DNA of 64,000 nucleotides from a virus: IMG/VR virus record IMGVR_UViG_3300000059_000319, positions 6,592 to 70,591 of that record; one strand, given 5' to 3'. The notes under the pieces were generated by a model. It had not been told where the DNA came from. It was given only the letters and a program-made list of their open reading frames with translations, and made no database searches. The translations under genes and the position numbers were made by a program. Of this stretch, positions 37,815 to 48,536 are shown piece after piece. The stretch's first letter is position 1. The number at the start of each line of letters is the position of its first letter.

Positions 37815-39716
37815 ATGATTAAACTTAACACATTAAATAATTATATTTTATTTACAGAAAATAATGGTGATGCATCTGCAATAGGTAAATTATCATTAAC
37901 GTATAAAATAGAAGATGAAGATATTACATTCTTTATTTTAAAAGAAGGTAATAAAAAAATATATACAGTACCATTTATTTCAAGTGCTATTAAAAATCTT
38001 GAAGTAGATGGTGTTGTTTATTCCAAAGAAGATTTACCAACCGCATTAAGTAATATATTTTTACCACCATCAGGTTCAGGTTCGAGTGGTGAAGTTACAC
38101 CTGCTGATATTGCTTATTTACAGCAACAAATAAATGTAAATAAATCAAACACCAACAAAGCATATATTATAGCAACATATGAAGATGATGTGTTGACCTT
38201 GATAACATTAGGTGGTATTGAAACTAAATTAGATATACCATACTTTGATGCTTCTAAGTATTATTTAAAATCTGAAATAGATACATTATTAGGTACTATT
38301 GATAGTAAAATTAATGGTAAAGCTGATAAGTCAGATGTATATTCCAAATCAGAAATTGATGATATTATAGATGATTTGAATATAGACCCATCAGAAATAG
38401 TAGATATTGAAAATGATATTGAAGATTTGAAAGCAGGTACTATATCTTCTGTTGTATATACTGCATTAGATGGTAAATTAACTGTTACTGATTATAAGGG
38501 TAATGCAACTTCTTATACAATACCTTATTTCGATGCTTCTAAATATTACAATAAAACAGAAGTAGATTCTAAAATTGGTGATATATCAACTGATTTTAAT
38601 ACTACAATCAATACTAAATTAGGTGATTACTATAAAAAATCAGAAACATATTCTAAAACAGAAGTAGATGCAAAGATAAACGCATTAGATACTGTTGACC
38701 CCGATGATTATTATACCAAGACAGAAGTAGATACTAAGTTATCAGGTAAAGTAAATAGTGCAGATGTATATACTAAGGCTGTAATAGATGCGAATCTAAG
38801 TAATAAAGCAGACAAAAGCACCACTTATACCAAAACAGAAGTAGATGCTAAAATAACGGCTGTAAATACGTCTATTACTAATGTAGATAATAAGTTTGTA
38901 GACTACACAAAAACTACTGATTTAACAACTTTGTTAGCGAATAAAGCAGATAAATCTACAACTTATACCAAGACACAAGTAGATGATTTAATTAATGGTA
39001 TTGTTATACCTGATGTTGATGATTACTACACGAAATCAGAAGTTGATACTAAGTTAGGTACAAAAGCTAACGTTGGTGATAGTTATACCAAAGCTGAAAG
39101 TGATTCAAAATTAAATACCAAAGCAAATACATCTGATGTATATACCAAGACTGCAACAGATACATTATTATCTGCAAAAGCTAATAGTGCTGATGTGTAC
39201 ACCAAAGCACAAACATATACACAAGCCGAAGTAAATACCCTGTTGAATGGTAAAGCTAATGTATCTAATGTGTACACCAAATCAGAAGTATATTCTAAAA
39301 CAGAAGTAGACACTAAATTACTTGATATTGATACTGATATAACCAATCTTGAAAATAAATTTGGTGATTACTATACCAAGACACAAAGTGATGCAAAATA
39401 TGTAGTTAAGAATACTTATACATCAGTAACTGTATCAGGTGCATCTTCTACATGTAATATATCTACTTATAACTATTATCATTTGACATTAACAGGTTCA
39501 GGTGCAACAGTTGCATTAACTATTAATAATTTACCTGAATATGGTAAAGATTATTACATAACTGTAATAAATAATAGAACTGTTGATGTAGAAATTACAG
39601 GATTATCAACAATTACAGGTGATATACCTGTTGTAAAAGCAGGTGGTTTAGCTGAAATATCTGTTATGAAATGGGCGAATGATACAATAAGAGCAACATT
39701 TATTGTAAGTGCCTAA
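37815..39716 (+). CDS. Tail fibre with YTK(T/S)EVD shaft repeats
   Basis: Homologue of 942..2849. Confidence 0.8.
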   Translation: MIKLNTLNNYILFTENNGDASAIGKLSLTYKIEDEDITFFILKEGNKKIYTVPFISSAIKNLEVDGVVYSKEDLPTALSNIFLPPSGSGSSGEVTPADIAYLQQQINVNKSNTNKAYIIATYEDDVLTLITLGGIETKLDIPYFDASKYYLKSEIDTLLGTIDSKINGKADKSDVYSKSEIDDIIDDLNIDPSEIVDIENDIEDLKAGTISSVVYTALDGKLTVTDYKGNATSYTIPYFDASKYYNKTEVDSKIGDISTDFNTTINTKLGDYYKKSETYSKTEVDAKINALDTVDPDDYYTKTEVDTKLSGKVNSADVYTKAVIDANLSNKADKSTTYTKTEVDAKITAVNTSITNVDNKFVDYTKTTDLTTLLANKADKSTTYTKTQVDDLINGIVIPDVDDYYTKSEVDTKLGTKANVGDSYTKAESDSKLNTKANTSDVYTKTATDTLLSAKANSADVYTKAQTYTQAEVNTLLNGKANVSNVYTKSEVYSKTEVDTKLLDIDTDITNLENKFGDYYTKTQSDAKYVVKNTYTSVTVSGASSTCNISTYNYYHLTLTGSGATVALTINNLPEYGKDYYITVINNRTVDVEITGLSTITGDIPVVKAGGLAEISVMKWANDTIRATFIVSA

Positions 39717-39780
39717 TAATTAAAACTTAATATGTAAGGGTTGGTTAAATAGCCAACCCTTTTTTAATAAAAATAATACT

Positions 39781-40614
39781 ATGAGTAGAAGACATTATAA
39801 TTTATATAACAATATGATAGAAGGTAATTTAAATATAGATTTAGAAGTATCTGTAAGTGCAGATAATGTAGGTAAATTATTACATCTTGGTAGGATGAAT
39901 AGAAGAAATATGACAGGTACAAATATTGCCTATTGTCGTATTCTTGTAGATTGGGGTGATGGTACTGTTGAAACAGTAGATGTAACACCATTATACACTA
40001 ATACAGGCTTACAACCTACTTCATTTACCCACACATATACAGCAGAAGGTACTTATTTAGTATCATTATCACAAATATCTGATAAATCATTAGTTAGACC
40101 TTATTGGTTTACATTTACAAAACCATCAGGTACATATGTAGAATTACCAATAGTAAAAGTTAACAGGTTTAATTTTAATGGTATAAGTATAAAATCTTTA
40201 TTTGGTGGTTCAGTTAATCCATTATCAGTTACCCACATTTTAAATATTAATATACCTGATGTAAATGATTTAAATTCAGCATTTTCAGGTTCATCTAAAT
40301 TTCAAGAATTGGATATTAAAGGTTTATCAAAAATTACTGTACCTATATTAGATTTAAAATCTGCTTTTAGAATACATAAAAACTATGTTTTTGATTTGAA
40401 TCAACTATCTGATAATTGGGATATATCACAAGTTACAGATGTTACATTAGCATTTAGCGGTAATCAGAGTATGACAGGTACAGGACAAACATTTATTGAT
40501 AGATTACCATCAGGTGTAGCAGGTAATGAATATGTATCAGCATATTTATTTGAAAATTGTAAATCATTAAGTGATTATGATTCAATTGATAACATTTACA
40601 AAGACAATATTTAA
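39781..40614 (+). CDS. MSRRHY PKD-like/LRR-like putative receptor-binding protein
   Basis: Homologue of 2921..3757. Confidence 0.7.
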   Translation: MSRRHYNLYNNMIEGNLNIDLEVSVSADNVGKLLHLGRMNRRNMTGTNIAYCRILVDWGDGTVETVDVTPLYTNTGLQPTSFTHTYTAEGTYLVSLSQISDKSLVRPYWFTFTKPSGTYVELPIVKVNRFNFNGISIKSLFGGSVNPLSVTHILNINIPDVNDLNSAFSGSSKFQELDIKGLSKITVPILDLKSAFRIHKNYVFDLNQLSDNWDISQVTDVTLAFSGNQSMTGTGQTFIDRLPSGVAGNEYVSAYLFENCKSLSDYDSIDNIYKDNI

Positions 40615-40616
40615 TT

Positions 40617-41471
40617 ATGGCAAGAAGACATTATAACATAGAAAATAAAGTACCTCAATATTGGGGTGCATGGGAATTTGTAATTGATTTAACATCAGCT
40701 ACATCATTAACTGTTGGTGTATTTTCAACTACATCAAATTATTCTACTTCATATAATCGAAAACCAACATTAATTATAGATTGGGGTGATGGCACAACCG
40801 AAACAAAAGAACTTGCTGCTACATCTACAACCCATCAACATACATTTCCATCTAAATCAGTATTTACAGTACATATAGATGAAGTATTTATACCAAATGA
40901 AGAACAAGCAAGGGTAACAAAATTGTTATTTAATGCACAATCATATGACTGTTTGACCCATATAAATATTTATAAATCAGATGAAATAACCAATATTGAC
41001 CAAATATGTAATAATAGAAAAAAATTGATAGGTTTTGGTAATGGTTTTAAATTTGAAGTACCTAATTGTTTAACTACATCAGGTACGTTTTATGGTTGTA
41101 CAGGTCTTACATCATTACCGAGTGGAATATTTGATATTATGACTAAAATAACATCATTCTATTATATATGTCCTAACTGTACAGGGTTAACATCATTACC
41201 ATCTAAATTATTTAGATATAACACTAAATGTACCAATTACAGTCAGATATTTGCATATTGTTCTGCACTAACAGCTAATTTAAATGATGTATTTGATGGA
41301 GCAACTTTAAATAAAGTAATTAATACTTCATATGGATTTAGAAATTGTAAGATTACAGGTGAAGCATTACCAATAATTGCTAAACTAACATCAGCTACAA
41401 CCATATCAGGTACATTTAATAACTGTACCACATTAACAGATTACACATCAATACCTGCAACATGGAAATAA
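40617..41471 (+). CDS. MARRHY PKD-like + BspA LRR putative receptor-binding protein
   Basis: Homologue of 3764..4639. Confidence 0.75.
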   Translation: MARRHYNIENKVPQYWGAWEFVIDLTSATSLTVGVFSTTSNYSTSYNRKPTLIIDWGDGTTETKELAATSTTHQHTFPSKSVFTVHIDEVFIPNEEQARVTKLLFNAQSYDCLTHINIYKSDEITNIDQICNNRKKLIGFGNGFKFEVPNCLTTSGTFYGCTGLTSLPSGIFDIMTKITSFYYICPNCTGLTSLPSKLFRYNTKCTNYSQIFAYCSALTANLNDVFDGATLNKVINTSYGFRNCKITGEALPIIAKLTSATTISGTFNNCTTLTDYTSIPATWK

Positions 41472-41532
41472 AAAGAAGCACCCCTAAAAGGTGCTTCAAT
41501 AGTTAAGTATAATAATTGAGTGTTAAAGGTAA

Positions 41533-41907
41533 TTATTCTCTCATTAACGATGTACCACCCCTTTTTGATTTGGCATCATCTACTGACATATATACTTTAC
41601 CTTCTTTAATAACTTCAAAACCATACAAATCACTTTTAATCCAATAAGAACCATCACTACCTTCTTGCCAATAAGTGTCATATACTTTTTGTGTACCATT
41701 CCAAGTGTATTCATAGATTATTTTAGCGGTTTTGTCTTTGTTTAAAACATATTTGTTTTTAACATTTCCATCATAACTTTTTTCACCATAATAGTAAACA
41801 ATTGGGTATGAATCACCCGATTCATTTTTATCATCATTTACCACTAAATAAATCAGCATCCCAACAACACCAATAAAAAAGCAAATCACATAATTTTTCA
41901 TAATCAA
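41533..41907 (-). CDS. Antisense moron, N-terminally anchored membrane/exported protein
   Basis: N-terminal hydrophobic helix; same slot as 4625..5017 but unrelated sequence. Confidence 0.65.
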   Translation of the reverse strand: MIMKNYVICFFIGVVGMLIYLVVNDDKNESGDSYPIVYYYGEKSYDGNVKNKYVLNKDKTAKIIYEYTWNGTQKVYDTYWQEGSDGSYWIKSDLYGFEVIKEGKVYMSVDDAKSKRGGTSLMRE

Positions 41908-41937
41908 TTTATTTTTAAGTTATTAAAATATTATTTC

Positions 41938-42153
41938 TTATCGAGGGGGTGAAGAATAAAAACCATAATCATCTAAATCAGAATAATCATATCTATTCTG
42001 TTTTTCGTTTTCTCTAATTTCTCTTTTCAATCTTATCATTTCTTTTTCAGTCTCTTTTATTTTTTTCTGAATAGAAACAATTTCAATTGTTAAATAAGAT
42101 AATATTATGATAATTAGAATGGTAGCAATTGTGTAGTATGTAGAAGTTTTCAT
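41938..42153 (-). CDS. Antisense moron, single-TM coiled-coil protein
   Basis: TM helix then coiled coil; first gene after the structured leader. Confidence 0.6.
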   Translation of the reverse strand: MKTSTYYTIATILIIIILSYLTIEIVSIQKKIKETEKEMIRLKREIRENEKQNRYDYSDLDDYGFYSSPPR

Positions 42154-42352
42154 AAAAAAAAGTTGATGTAGTACATAATTTAAATTGAGTATCGAAGGAA
42201 CGGCTAAATCCCAATCTGTACCAAAATAAACCTGCCACTACACCAACCATATGATGCAGTAACACAAGTCTATCTTTTAGAGTGCAGATTTTCAAAAAAT
42301 TAGCCGTTTTTCGAGTACCTCTAAAAAATATATGCGTTGCTTATATTTTTAT
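42154..42352 (-). ncRNA. Structured 5' leader RNA, conserved with 5018..5212
   Basis: Same helix order with compensatory changes; TATCTTTG promoter at 42360-42367 (minus strand). Confidence 0.65.
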
Positions 42353-42412
42353 TCTAACACAAAGATAGTTAAAAATCATTCACCTAAATCTTTATTATAA
42401 AGAGATTATTAA

Positions 42413-42841
42413 ATGAAAAAACTAATAACAATAAATGGTTATATTCAATTATTAGACAGTAACCAAGACACACAACAAGGTTTTCAATTTGGTGAATTGA
42501 TGTATAAAATAAAAGGTGATAGTATATCATTCTATTACCAAGAAGATTATTTATATGATAATACCTTATTCACAGCACATATACCCAAATTTCAAATAGA
42601 TGGTGTAGTTTACCCAAAAACTACTATTGGTGATGCTCTCGATGTAATATATAGGGGTAATTCTTCATCTGCTGTTGCAGGTGATATGTTTAAATCACAA
42701 TATGATTCTAATGAAGATGGGATTGTAGATAATAGTGAAAGAATTGCAGGTTATTTACCTGATGAATTACCAATTACAAGTGGTTTACAAACAATAATTG
42801 ATGACCTAACATCAAGAATTGAAGCATTAGAAAATGCTTAA
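42413..42841 (+). CDS. Second fibre/adaptor protein, short form
   Basis: Homologue of 5269..5826 lacking the long coiled coil. Confidence 0.65.
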   Translation: MKKLITINGYIQLLDSNQDTQQGFQFGELMYKIKGDSISFYYQEDYLYDNTLFTAHIPKFQIDGVVYPKTTIGDALDVIYRGNSSSAVAGDMFKSQYDSNEDGIVDNSERIAGYLPDELPITSGLQTIIDDLTSRIEALENA

Positions 42842-42865
42842 TAATAAAAAGTAAGAATACTATGA

Positions 42866-44122
42866 ATGAGCAACTTAAAAAACATAAATACTAATGATAA
42901 ATTTCTTAAACAGGTTATACAGTTGGCTGATAGGTCTATTAAGCTACCATCAGTTGACAGAACATCTAAGTCTTGGGTTAATTTTGGTAACAACAATTTA
43001 GCACCGCAAGAATTTATAAAACTTGCAAAAGAATCTAATACACAATCACGCATTTTATCCAATCTATTTATTGAAGCTATGGGTGCAGGTTTTGAGGAAT
43101 GGACACAGGAAATTTACACCCCAAATATGAAATATAATTGGGAAGAATTAACAAGAAGATGCATGAAAGATTTTATACATTTTGGTGCATTTGCTGTACA
43201 AATAACTTTAAATCAAGCAGGTAATAAATACTTATATAAACATACACCTGTAAGTCAAGTTAGATTAGGTAATTATAATAATGAAGGTGAAATAGATACA
43301 GCATATTTATGTACTAATTGGAAATCTGCAAGTAGTCAGAATGTGGTTAAATTACCAATATTTGATACAGTACCTGTACAACAAGGTGAAACATATCTAT
43401 ATTATTTTAAAGACTATGATGTTGATGACATTAATTATTACTATGGTATGCCTTTTTGGTATTCATGTGCTAATTGGATATTATCAGAAATATTATTATC
43501 AAAATACTACCTAAATAATATAGCTAATGGTTTTACACCTTCAACTGCTATACTTTACCCAAATGAACCTGAAAATGATAAAAAAGAAGCAATATATGAT
43601 TCATTACTATCTAATTTTTCAGGTGTTGAAAATGCAGGTAATATAATGTTATTATTTGGTGATAATGGTGTATTACCTGACATTAAACCAATATCTACAT
43701 CTAACAACGCTGATTTGTATAAAACTGTAATTGAAGAAGTAAAATACCAAATTATTACAGGTAATGGTTTAACCCATCCAATATTAGCAGCAGTTGCAAC
43801 TTCAACAGGTTTTACATCACAAGCTGAATTATTAATATCATCACAAGCTAAATATAAATTATCTATTGTGAATAATATTAGAAATTTCGTTTTAGATAAA
43901 ATGAATTGGTTATTAGAGTTAAATGGTTATCCATCAGTACTTAATATTATTGATTTTGATTTAAGAAAAGAAATTGAAGGTAAGGTTGAAGAGAATGAAG
44001 AAAAAGCAAAAGATGTATTAGATGTTGAATCGGGCGATGCAGAAGATAGAGCAAAAGAAGAAGCAGAAGAAGATGCTGTTGAAGACCTTGATAATAAAGC
44101 AGATGAAAATAAAGTAGAATGA
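42866..44122 (+). CDS. Portal protein
   Basis: Homologue of 6900..8123. Confidence 0.8.
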   Translation: MSNLKNINTNDKFLKQVIQLADRSIKLPSVDRTSKSWVNFGNNNLAPQEFIKLAKESNTQSRILSNLFIEAMGAGFEEWTQEIYTPNMKYNWEELTRRCMKDFIHFGAFAVQITLNQAGNKYLYKHTPVSQVRLGNYNNEGEIDTAYLCTNWKSASSQNVVKLPIFDTVPVQQGETYLYYFKDYDVDDINYYYGMPFWYSCANWILSEILLSKYYLNNIANGFTPSTAILYPNEPENDKKEAIYDSLLSNFSGVENAGNIMLLFGDNGVLPDIKPISTSNNADLYKTVIEEVKYQIITGNGLTHPILAAVATSTGFTSQAELLISSQAKYKLSIVNNIRNFVLDKMNWLLELNGYPSVLNIIDFDLRKEIEGKVEENEEKAKDVLDVESGDAEDRAKEEAEEDAVEDLDNKADENKVE

Positions 44123-44676
44123 ACAAGTTAACACAAATATATTTAATAGATGAACAAAAATTAAAACTGTATTCTGACATAACAAGAAATGTTGGTGTAG
44201 ATAAGATTATACCATATGTTGCTTTGGCTCAACCTTTCTTTATTGATGATGTTTTGGGTTCACCACTTGTAGCAGAATTGACACTACAAATTGCTGATGG
44301 TAATCTGACAGAAGCAAATGAAGCTTTGATGTTGAAAATAGCACCTGTATTAGCTCTATATACTCAATATATTGCTATGAGAGGGTTAACATATACCATA
44401 GCAGAAAAAGGTATTGTAAAATTCAAATCAGAAAATTCAGAAACTATATCAGAAAAAGAATTAGCTGAATTTATTTATTCAACAAAAGAAAATGCTGAAA
44501 TGGCAAAAGAATTATTGATTAAATATCTATGTGAATGTAGTGACCAATACCCATTATGGCGACCATCACAAGAATGTAATTGTAATAAATATTTAAAAGT
44601 TAATGAAGGTACAGCAGATGTAAATATGTCAACCCATATATATTTTCCAAAGAAAAGAAAATGTGGTTGTAAATAA
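44119..44676 (+). CDS. Head-tail adaptor (DUF6712-like)
   Basis: Homologue of 8125..8694. Confidence 0.6.
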   Translation: MNKLTQIYLIDEQKLKLYSDITRNVGVDKIIPYVALAQPFFIDDVLGSPLVAELTLQIADGNLTEANEALMLKIAPVLALYTQYIAMRGLTYTIAEKGIVKFKSENSETISEKELAEFIYSTKENAEMAKELLIKYLCECSDQYPLWRPSQECNCNKYLKVNEGTADVNMSTHIYFPKKRKCGCK

Positions 44677-44697
44677 GAGGAAAAGACAAAGAATGTA

Positions 44698-45384
44698 ATG
44701 GCAACAGAAAATGATAGATTTAATTGGTTTGGAAAAATTGTAGGGTTGGTAAGTAAACATGGTAAATTAACCATAGCTTATTGTGTATTAATACTATTCC
44801 TTATTATAAATATAATATACAATCCAATTAATGTAGAAAAATATTTAGATAGATATATAGATAACCAAGAAGTTAAACACCAAAAAGGTATTGAAAAACG
44901 TAAAGAAGCTGATATTAGAATCCCTGATATGTTAGATGTATTAAGATATAAATCAGGTGCTGATAGAGTGATGTTATTAGAATTTCATAATGGTTCACAA
45001 AATGCTTCACTTCTACCCTTTTATCATTTTTCAGCGACTTATGAAAGTATTGATGTGTATTCTGATAGTATTGATTACGTGAATGACCAATACCAAAGAC
45101 AAAATACAGGTAATTATACAGGTTTTTTAGAAAAATTGAAGAAAGATAGATACATATATACATCTGATATAGATGAAGCACCTAACACAAAGATAGTTAG
45201 GAAGATGAAGAACAATAATGTGAAGTCATATTATATATGTGCTATCTATGGTGATAAAAATCAGATGGTTGGATTGTTAGCAATTACATCATCTAAGGTT
45301 GGTGTGTTAGATGAAGTTCAATTAAATAAATTAACACCACCCCTAACACATCAGATAGCTAATCTGATTAGTGGTATTAATTAA
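44698..45384 (+). CDS. Single-TM holin candidate with a large periplasmic GAF-like domain (T4 T-like architecture)
   Basis: Holin position; one TM helix then ADRVMLLEFHNG...GLLAI; unrelated to the A holin. Confidence 0.5.
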   Translation: MATENDRFNWFGKIVGLVSKHGKLTIAYCVLILFLIINIIYNPINVEKYLDRYIDNQEVKHQKGIEKRKEADIRIPDMLDVLRYKSGADRVMLLEFHNGSQNASLLPFYHFSATYESIDVYSDSIDYVNDQYQRQNTGNYTGFLEKLKKDRYIYTSDIDEAPNTKIVRKMKNNNVKSYYICAIYGDKNQMVGLLAITSSKVGVLDEVQLNKLTPPLTHQIANLISGIN

Positions 45385-45398
45385 AAATTTTAATTGTT

Positions 45399-45905
45399 AT
45401 GAAAAACACTATCAATTATATACTTATTGGGTTATTGGTTATCAGTAATGTCTTTATGATTGTGCGTAATTATAAGACTTTCAGAGTTGATAATCAAGAA
45501 ACTATAATTACATATACAGATACTATATATGTCGATGTGGTGGTACGTGATACTGTTTCGATTTTGAAATATAAATATGTTGATAGATATGTTACAGATA
45601 CATTAATGACAATTGATAGTGTCTATGTTCCTGTTAATATTCCAATATCGAAATACCACTATACAAACACCTTATTTCAAGGTTCTGATACTATTAAATA
45701 TAATGCGTTTTTAAGTGGATATAAGACCACATTAGACAGTATTGATATAAGTGTTAGATACCCACAAATAATAGAAAACACCACTATTAAAATGAGTAAT
45801 AAAGGTGGTATAACATATGGTGTTGGTGTAGGTTTTGGTTATGGTTTATTCTACAAAAAACCTGATGTGTTTATTGGTGGTTATGTTGGATGGAAATTTA
45901 AATAA
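45399..45905 (+). CDS. Lysis-cassette membrane protein (DUF6808-like; spanin candidate)
   Basis: Homologue of 8951..9445; ends GGYVGWKFK. Confidence 0.55.
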   Translation: MKNTINYILIGLLVISNVFMIVRNYKTFRVDNQETIITYTDTIYVDVVVRDTVSILKYKYVDRYVTDTLMTIDSVYVPVNIPISKYHYTNTLFQGSDTIKYNAFLSGYKTTLDSIDISVRYPQIIENTTIKMSNKGGITYGVGVGFGYGLFYKKPDVFIGGYVGWKFK

Positions 45906-45906
45906 A

Positions 45907-46239
45907 TTAATCCGATACCATTACATATTCATAAATTGCAAGTATTGCAGGTGCTTCTAATTCTTTAAGAGGTTTTGATGATTCATTTTTAAGAACTAAA
46001 AATCTAAGGTCTTCTAACCATACATCAAATTTGTTTTTGAATCTTACAATAACTTCATCATTTACTACTTCAATTTGAGTTATTGCAACATAACCTTGAC
46101 CTTCAATATATACTACAATATCTGCATCACCAAATAAAAATTCATCATCTAATACAACAATTTTATCATGTACATCTTTCAGAATTTCAGGTAGATTTTC
46201 AAAGATGTTCGTTTTCAACTTTTCCAATAATTCAGACAT
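45907..46239 (-). CDS. Antisense moron inside the lysis cassette, B only
   Basis: 110-aa ORF filling a gap absent in A; TACCTTTG at 46281-46288 (minus strand). Confidence 0.6.
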   Translation of the reverse strand: MSELLEKLKTNIFENLPEILKDVHDKIVVLDDEFLFGDADIVVYIEGQGYVAITQIEVVNDEVIVRFKNKFDVWLEDLRFLVLKNESSKPLKELEAPAILAIYEYVMVSD

Positions 46240-46254
46240 AATACAAATTTTAAA

Positions 46255-46710
46255 ATGAAACTAACTTTAAATCGAATATACAAAGGTACAGAATATACTA
46301 TTGGTAGAATATATATTGATGGTGAATATTTTTGTGATACCATAGAAGATACTGACAGAGGATTAAACCAAGATATGTCAGTTGAAGACATTAAAGAAAT
46401 AAAAGTATATGCTGAAACAGCTATACCAACAGGAACATATAAGATTACATTAAATGTTGTATCACCCAAATTCAGCAAAAAGAAATTCTATAAAGATTTT
46501 TGTGGTGGTAAAGTTCCAAGACTACTTAATGTAAAAGGTTTTGATGGTATATTGATTCATATTGGTAATACAGAAAAGAGTTCAGCAGGTTGTATAATTG
46601 TTGGGAAAAATAAAATTAAAGGTCAGGTAGTTGAATCAACCGAAACATTTAAAAAATTATATAAGATATTGGAAGAAGCAACTGATGAAATTACTATTGA
46701 AATTAACTAA
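46255..46710 (+). CDS. Endolysin, DUF5675
   Basis: GILIHIGNT..SS.GCIIVG; homologue of 9445..9906. Confidence 0.8.
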   Translation: MKLTLNRIYKGTEYTIGRIYIDGEYFCDTIEDTDRGLNQDMSVEDIKEIKVYAETAIPTGTYKITLNVVSPKFSKKKFYKDFCGGKVPRLLNVKGFDGILIHIGNTEKSSAGCIIVGKNKIKGQVVESTETFKKLYKILEEATDEITIEIN

Positions 46711-46741
46711 GTTTGTATTGTAATCAATAGTTAATAAAAAT

Positions 46742-47059
46742 ATGACAGTAGATAAATTCCAAGAATTTCAAAAATACATTACTGATACTGATTTTACAGA
46801 AGAGGATGACTATTATTATAAGTTATATATTAGCTATTATTCTTTTACAGATATACCAAGAGAATTTACTAAAATTTATGAGGGTAATAATTTCAAGACT
46901 GTTATTCAGGATTATATTCCTGATAAATATATAGAAGATATTGATAGGTTATTGATAACATTTGATGATGACCCCTATTTTGGTGATGAATTAGATTTAA
47001 TTGAATTTAAAGATGATTTGGAAGTTATGAAAAAGAGATATGCCGAAAATGGATTGTAA
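46742..47059 (+). CDS. Acidic hypothetical protein, B only
   Basis: 105-aa ORF in the variable slot after the lysin. Confidence 0.55.
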   Translation: MTVDKFQEFQKYITDTDFTEEDDYYYKLYISYYSFTDIPREFTKIYEGNNFKTVIQDYIPDKYIEDIDRLLITFDDDPYFGDELDLIEFKDDLEVMKKRYAENGL

Positions 47060-47318
47060 ATCTAATTTGGAAATTTTAACGTTAAATTTGTTTTATTTAT
47101 TTTTTTAATTGAAAATATTTGTGTATATGGATGTTTTTTTCTACCTTTGTGAAACAATTGGAAAAAGCAGTCCATATTATAACGATAATTAAAAATGCTT
47201 ACTTATTGAAATTAACGATTACTTCAAGATAGAAGTTGTAATTGACACATCAGATTATGGTGTGTTTTTTTATTGCCTGAATTGAAGTGATTATTACTAA
47301 TATTTAAATTAATAATTT

Positions 47319-47645
47319 ATGAGAGAATTTTTAAGTGAAGGTTTTTTAGAAGCAAGTGTAAAAATGAAAAAAGAGGTTGCAAGTTTCTTTATCGAAGCAA
47401 CAGGTGGACAAATAGTATTGAAAGCTTTGGATACTTTCAATTTGTTTATGGGTCTTGAAATAGACTTTAGAGATAAAGATGAAGTGTTATTGGATTTGAT
47501 AAAGAAACATAATACATCATTTGCCGATATTATGAATGATGTTGATTCTTTTAGGACATCAGAAAAAACTGAAAATGGTTGTAGGCATGGATTTGACACT
47601 AATGGCTTTTGCAAAGAACTTGCATACCATTATTTAAACAGTTAG
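47319..47645 (+). CDS. Hypothetical moron with own host-type promoter and structured leader, B only
   Basis: TACCTTTG at ~47142-47149, leader hairpins, terminator ~47694-47726. Confidence 0.65.
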   Translation: MREFLSEGFLEASVKMKKEVASFFIEATGGQIVLKALDTFNLFMGLEIDFRDKDEVLLDLIKKHNTSFADIMNDVDSFRTSEKTENGCRHGFDTNGFCKELAYHYLNS

Positions 47646-48536
47646 TGGTTTGAAGTAAATGAAAAAATATAACTGAAATGAAAAGTATTTATGGGTTGGA
47701 ATGAATAAACATTACCAACCTTTTTTCTTGTTATATATTCTTATAAGAATTATAAATTTTATCATTATTAAATAAATGAAGTTTTTTAAAATTATGTAGA
47801 AGTGTTATAGATTTTATCATTCCTTTTATTTAATAGTATATAATTTAATAATGAAAAATTAATAGTAAATAATTAATAATATATACCTAAAAATTAAGAA
47901 TAAAAAATAATTAATAAAAAGAAATTTTTGAATACATATTTTTGATAATTCTTGCAGAATCTATATAGAATAGTTAAGGTTAATTATTTGCACAATTATA
48001 AATTGAATTGAAATCGAAGATTGAAATGATAATTTATAATCCATATTATTGAAAAAAGATAATACATAATTCCAAGAATAAGATTTTAATGGAATGGTTG
48101 AAGATATAGTATTAATTAATTTAATTATTCCAATATATAAAATAATATAGAACCGCACAGACCCCTAAAACCTTTCAGAACATCATTTAAATCATTTCTA
48201 AGACACTTTATCTACCAATCCGACAGTTTGTATATCCAAGCAGAATACAATTAGTTAAAACTTCTTAAAATAGAAAAGATTGAAAAAGAATTAACAGAAA
48301 ATATTTTGCAGTCTGATGAAAATAATGCATAAAATATTTCTCTTTCTCAATCCTTTTTAGTATATTTGTAGTAGAAATTAAGGTTAGAGAAAAACACAAT
48401 CCTTTCCAATTTCTTAATCAATCAATTTAAAACAATAAAATAATAGTAACAGGTGCAGTAGATTATCTGCACCATCTGCTATTGTCTTATTGTTTTTTTT
48501 ATTTATAAAAATTAGAATTTAAAATATTTATAATAT

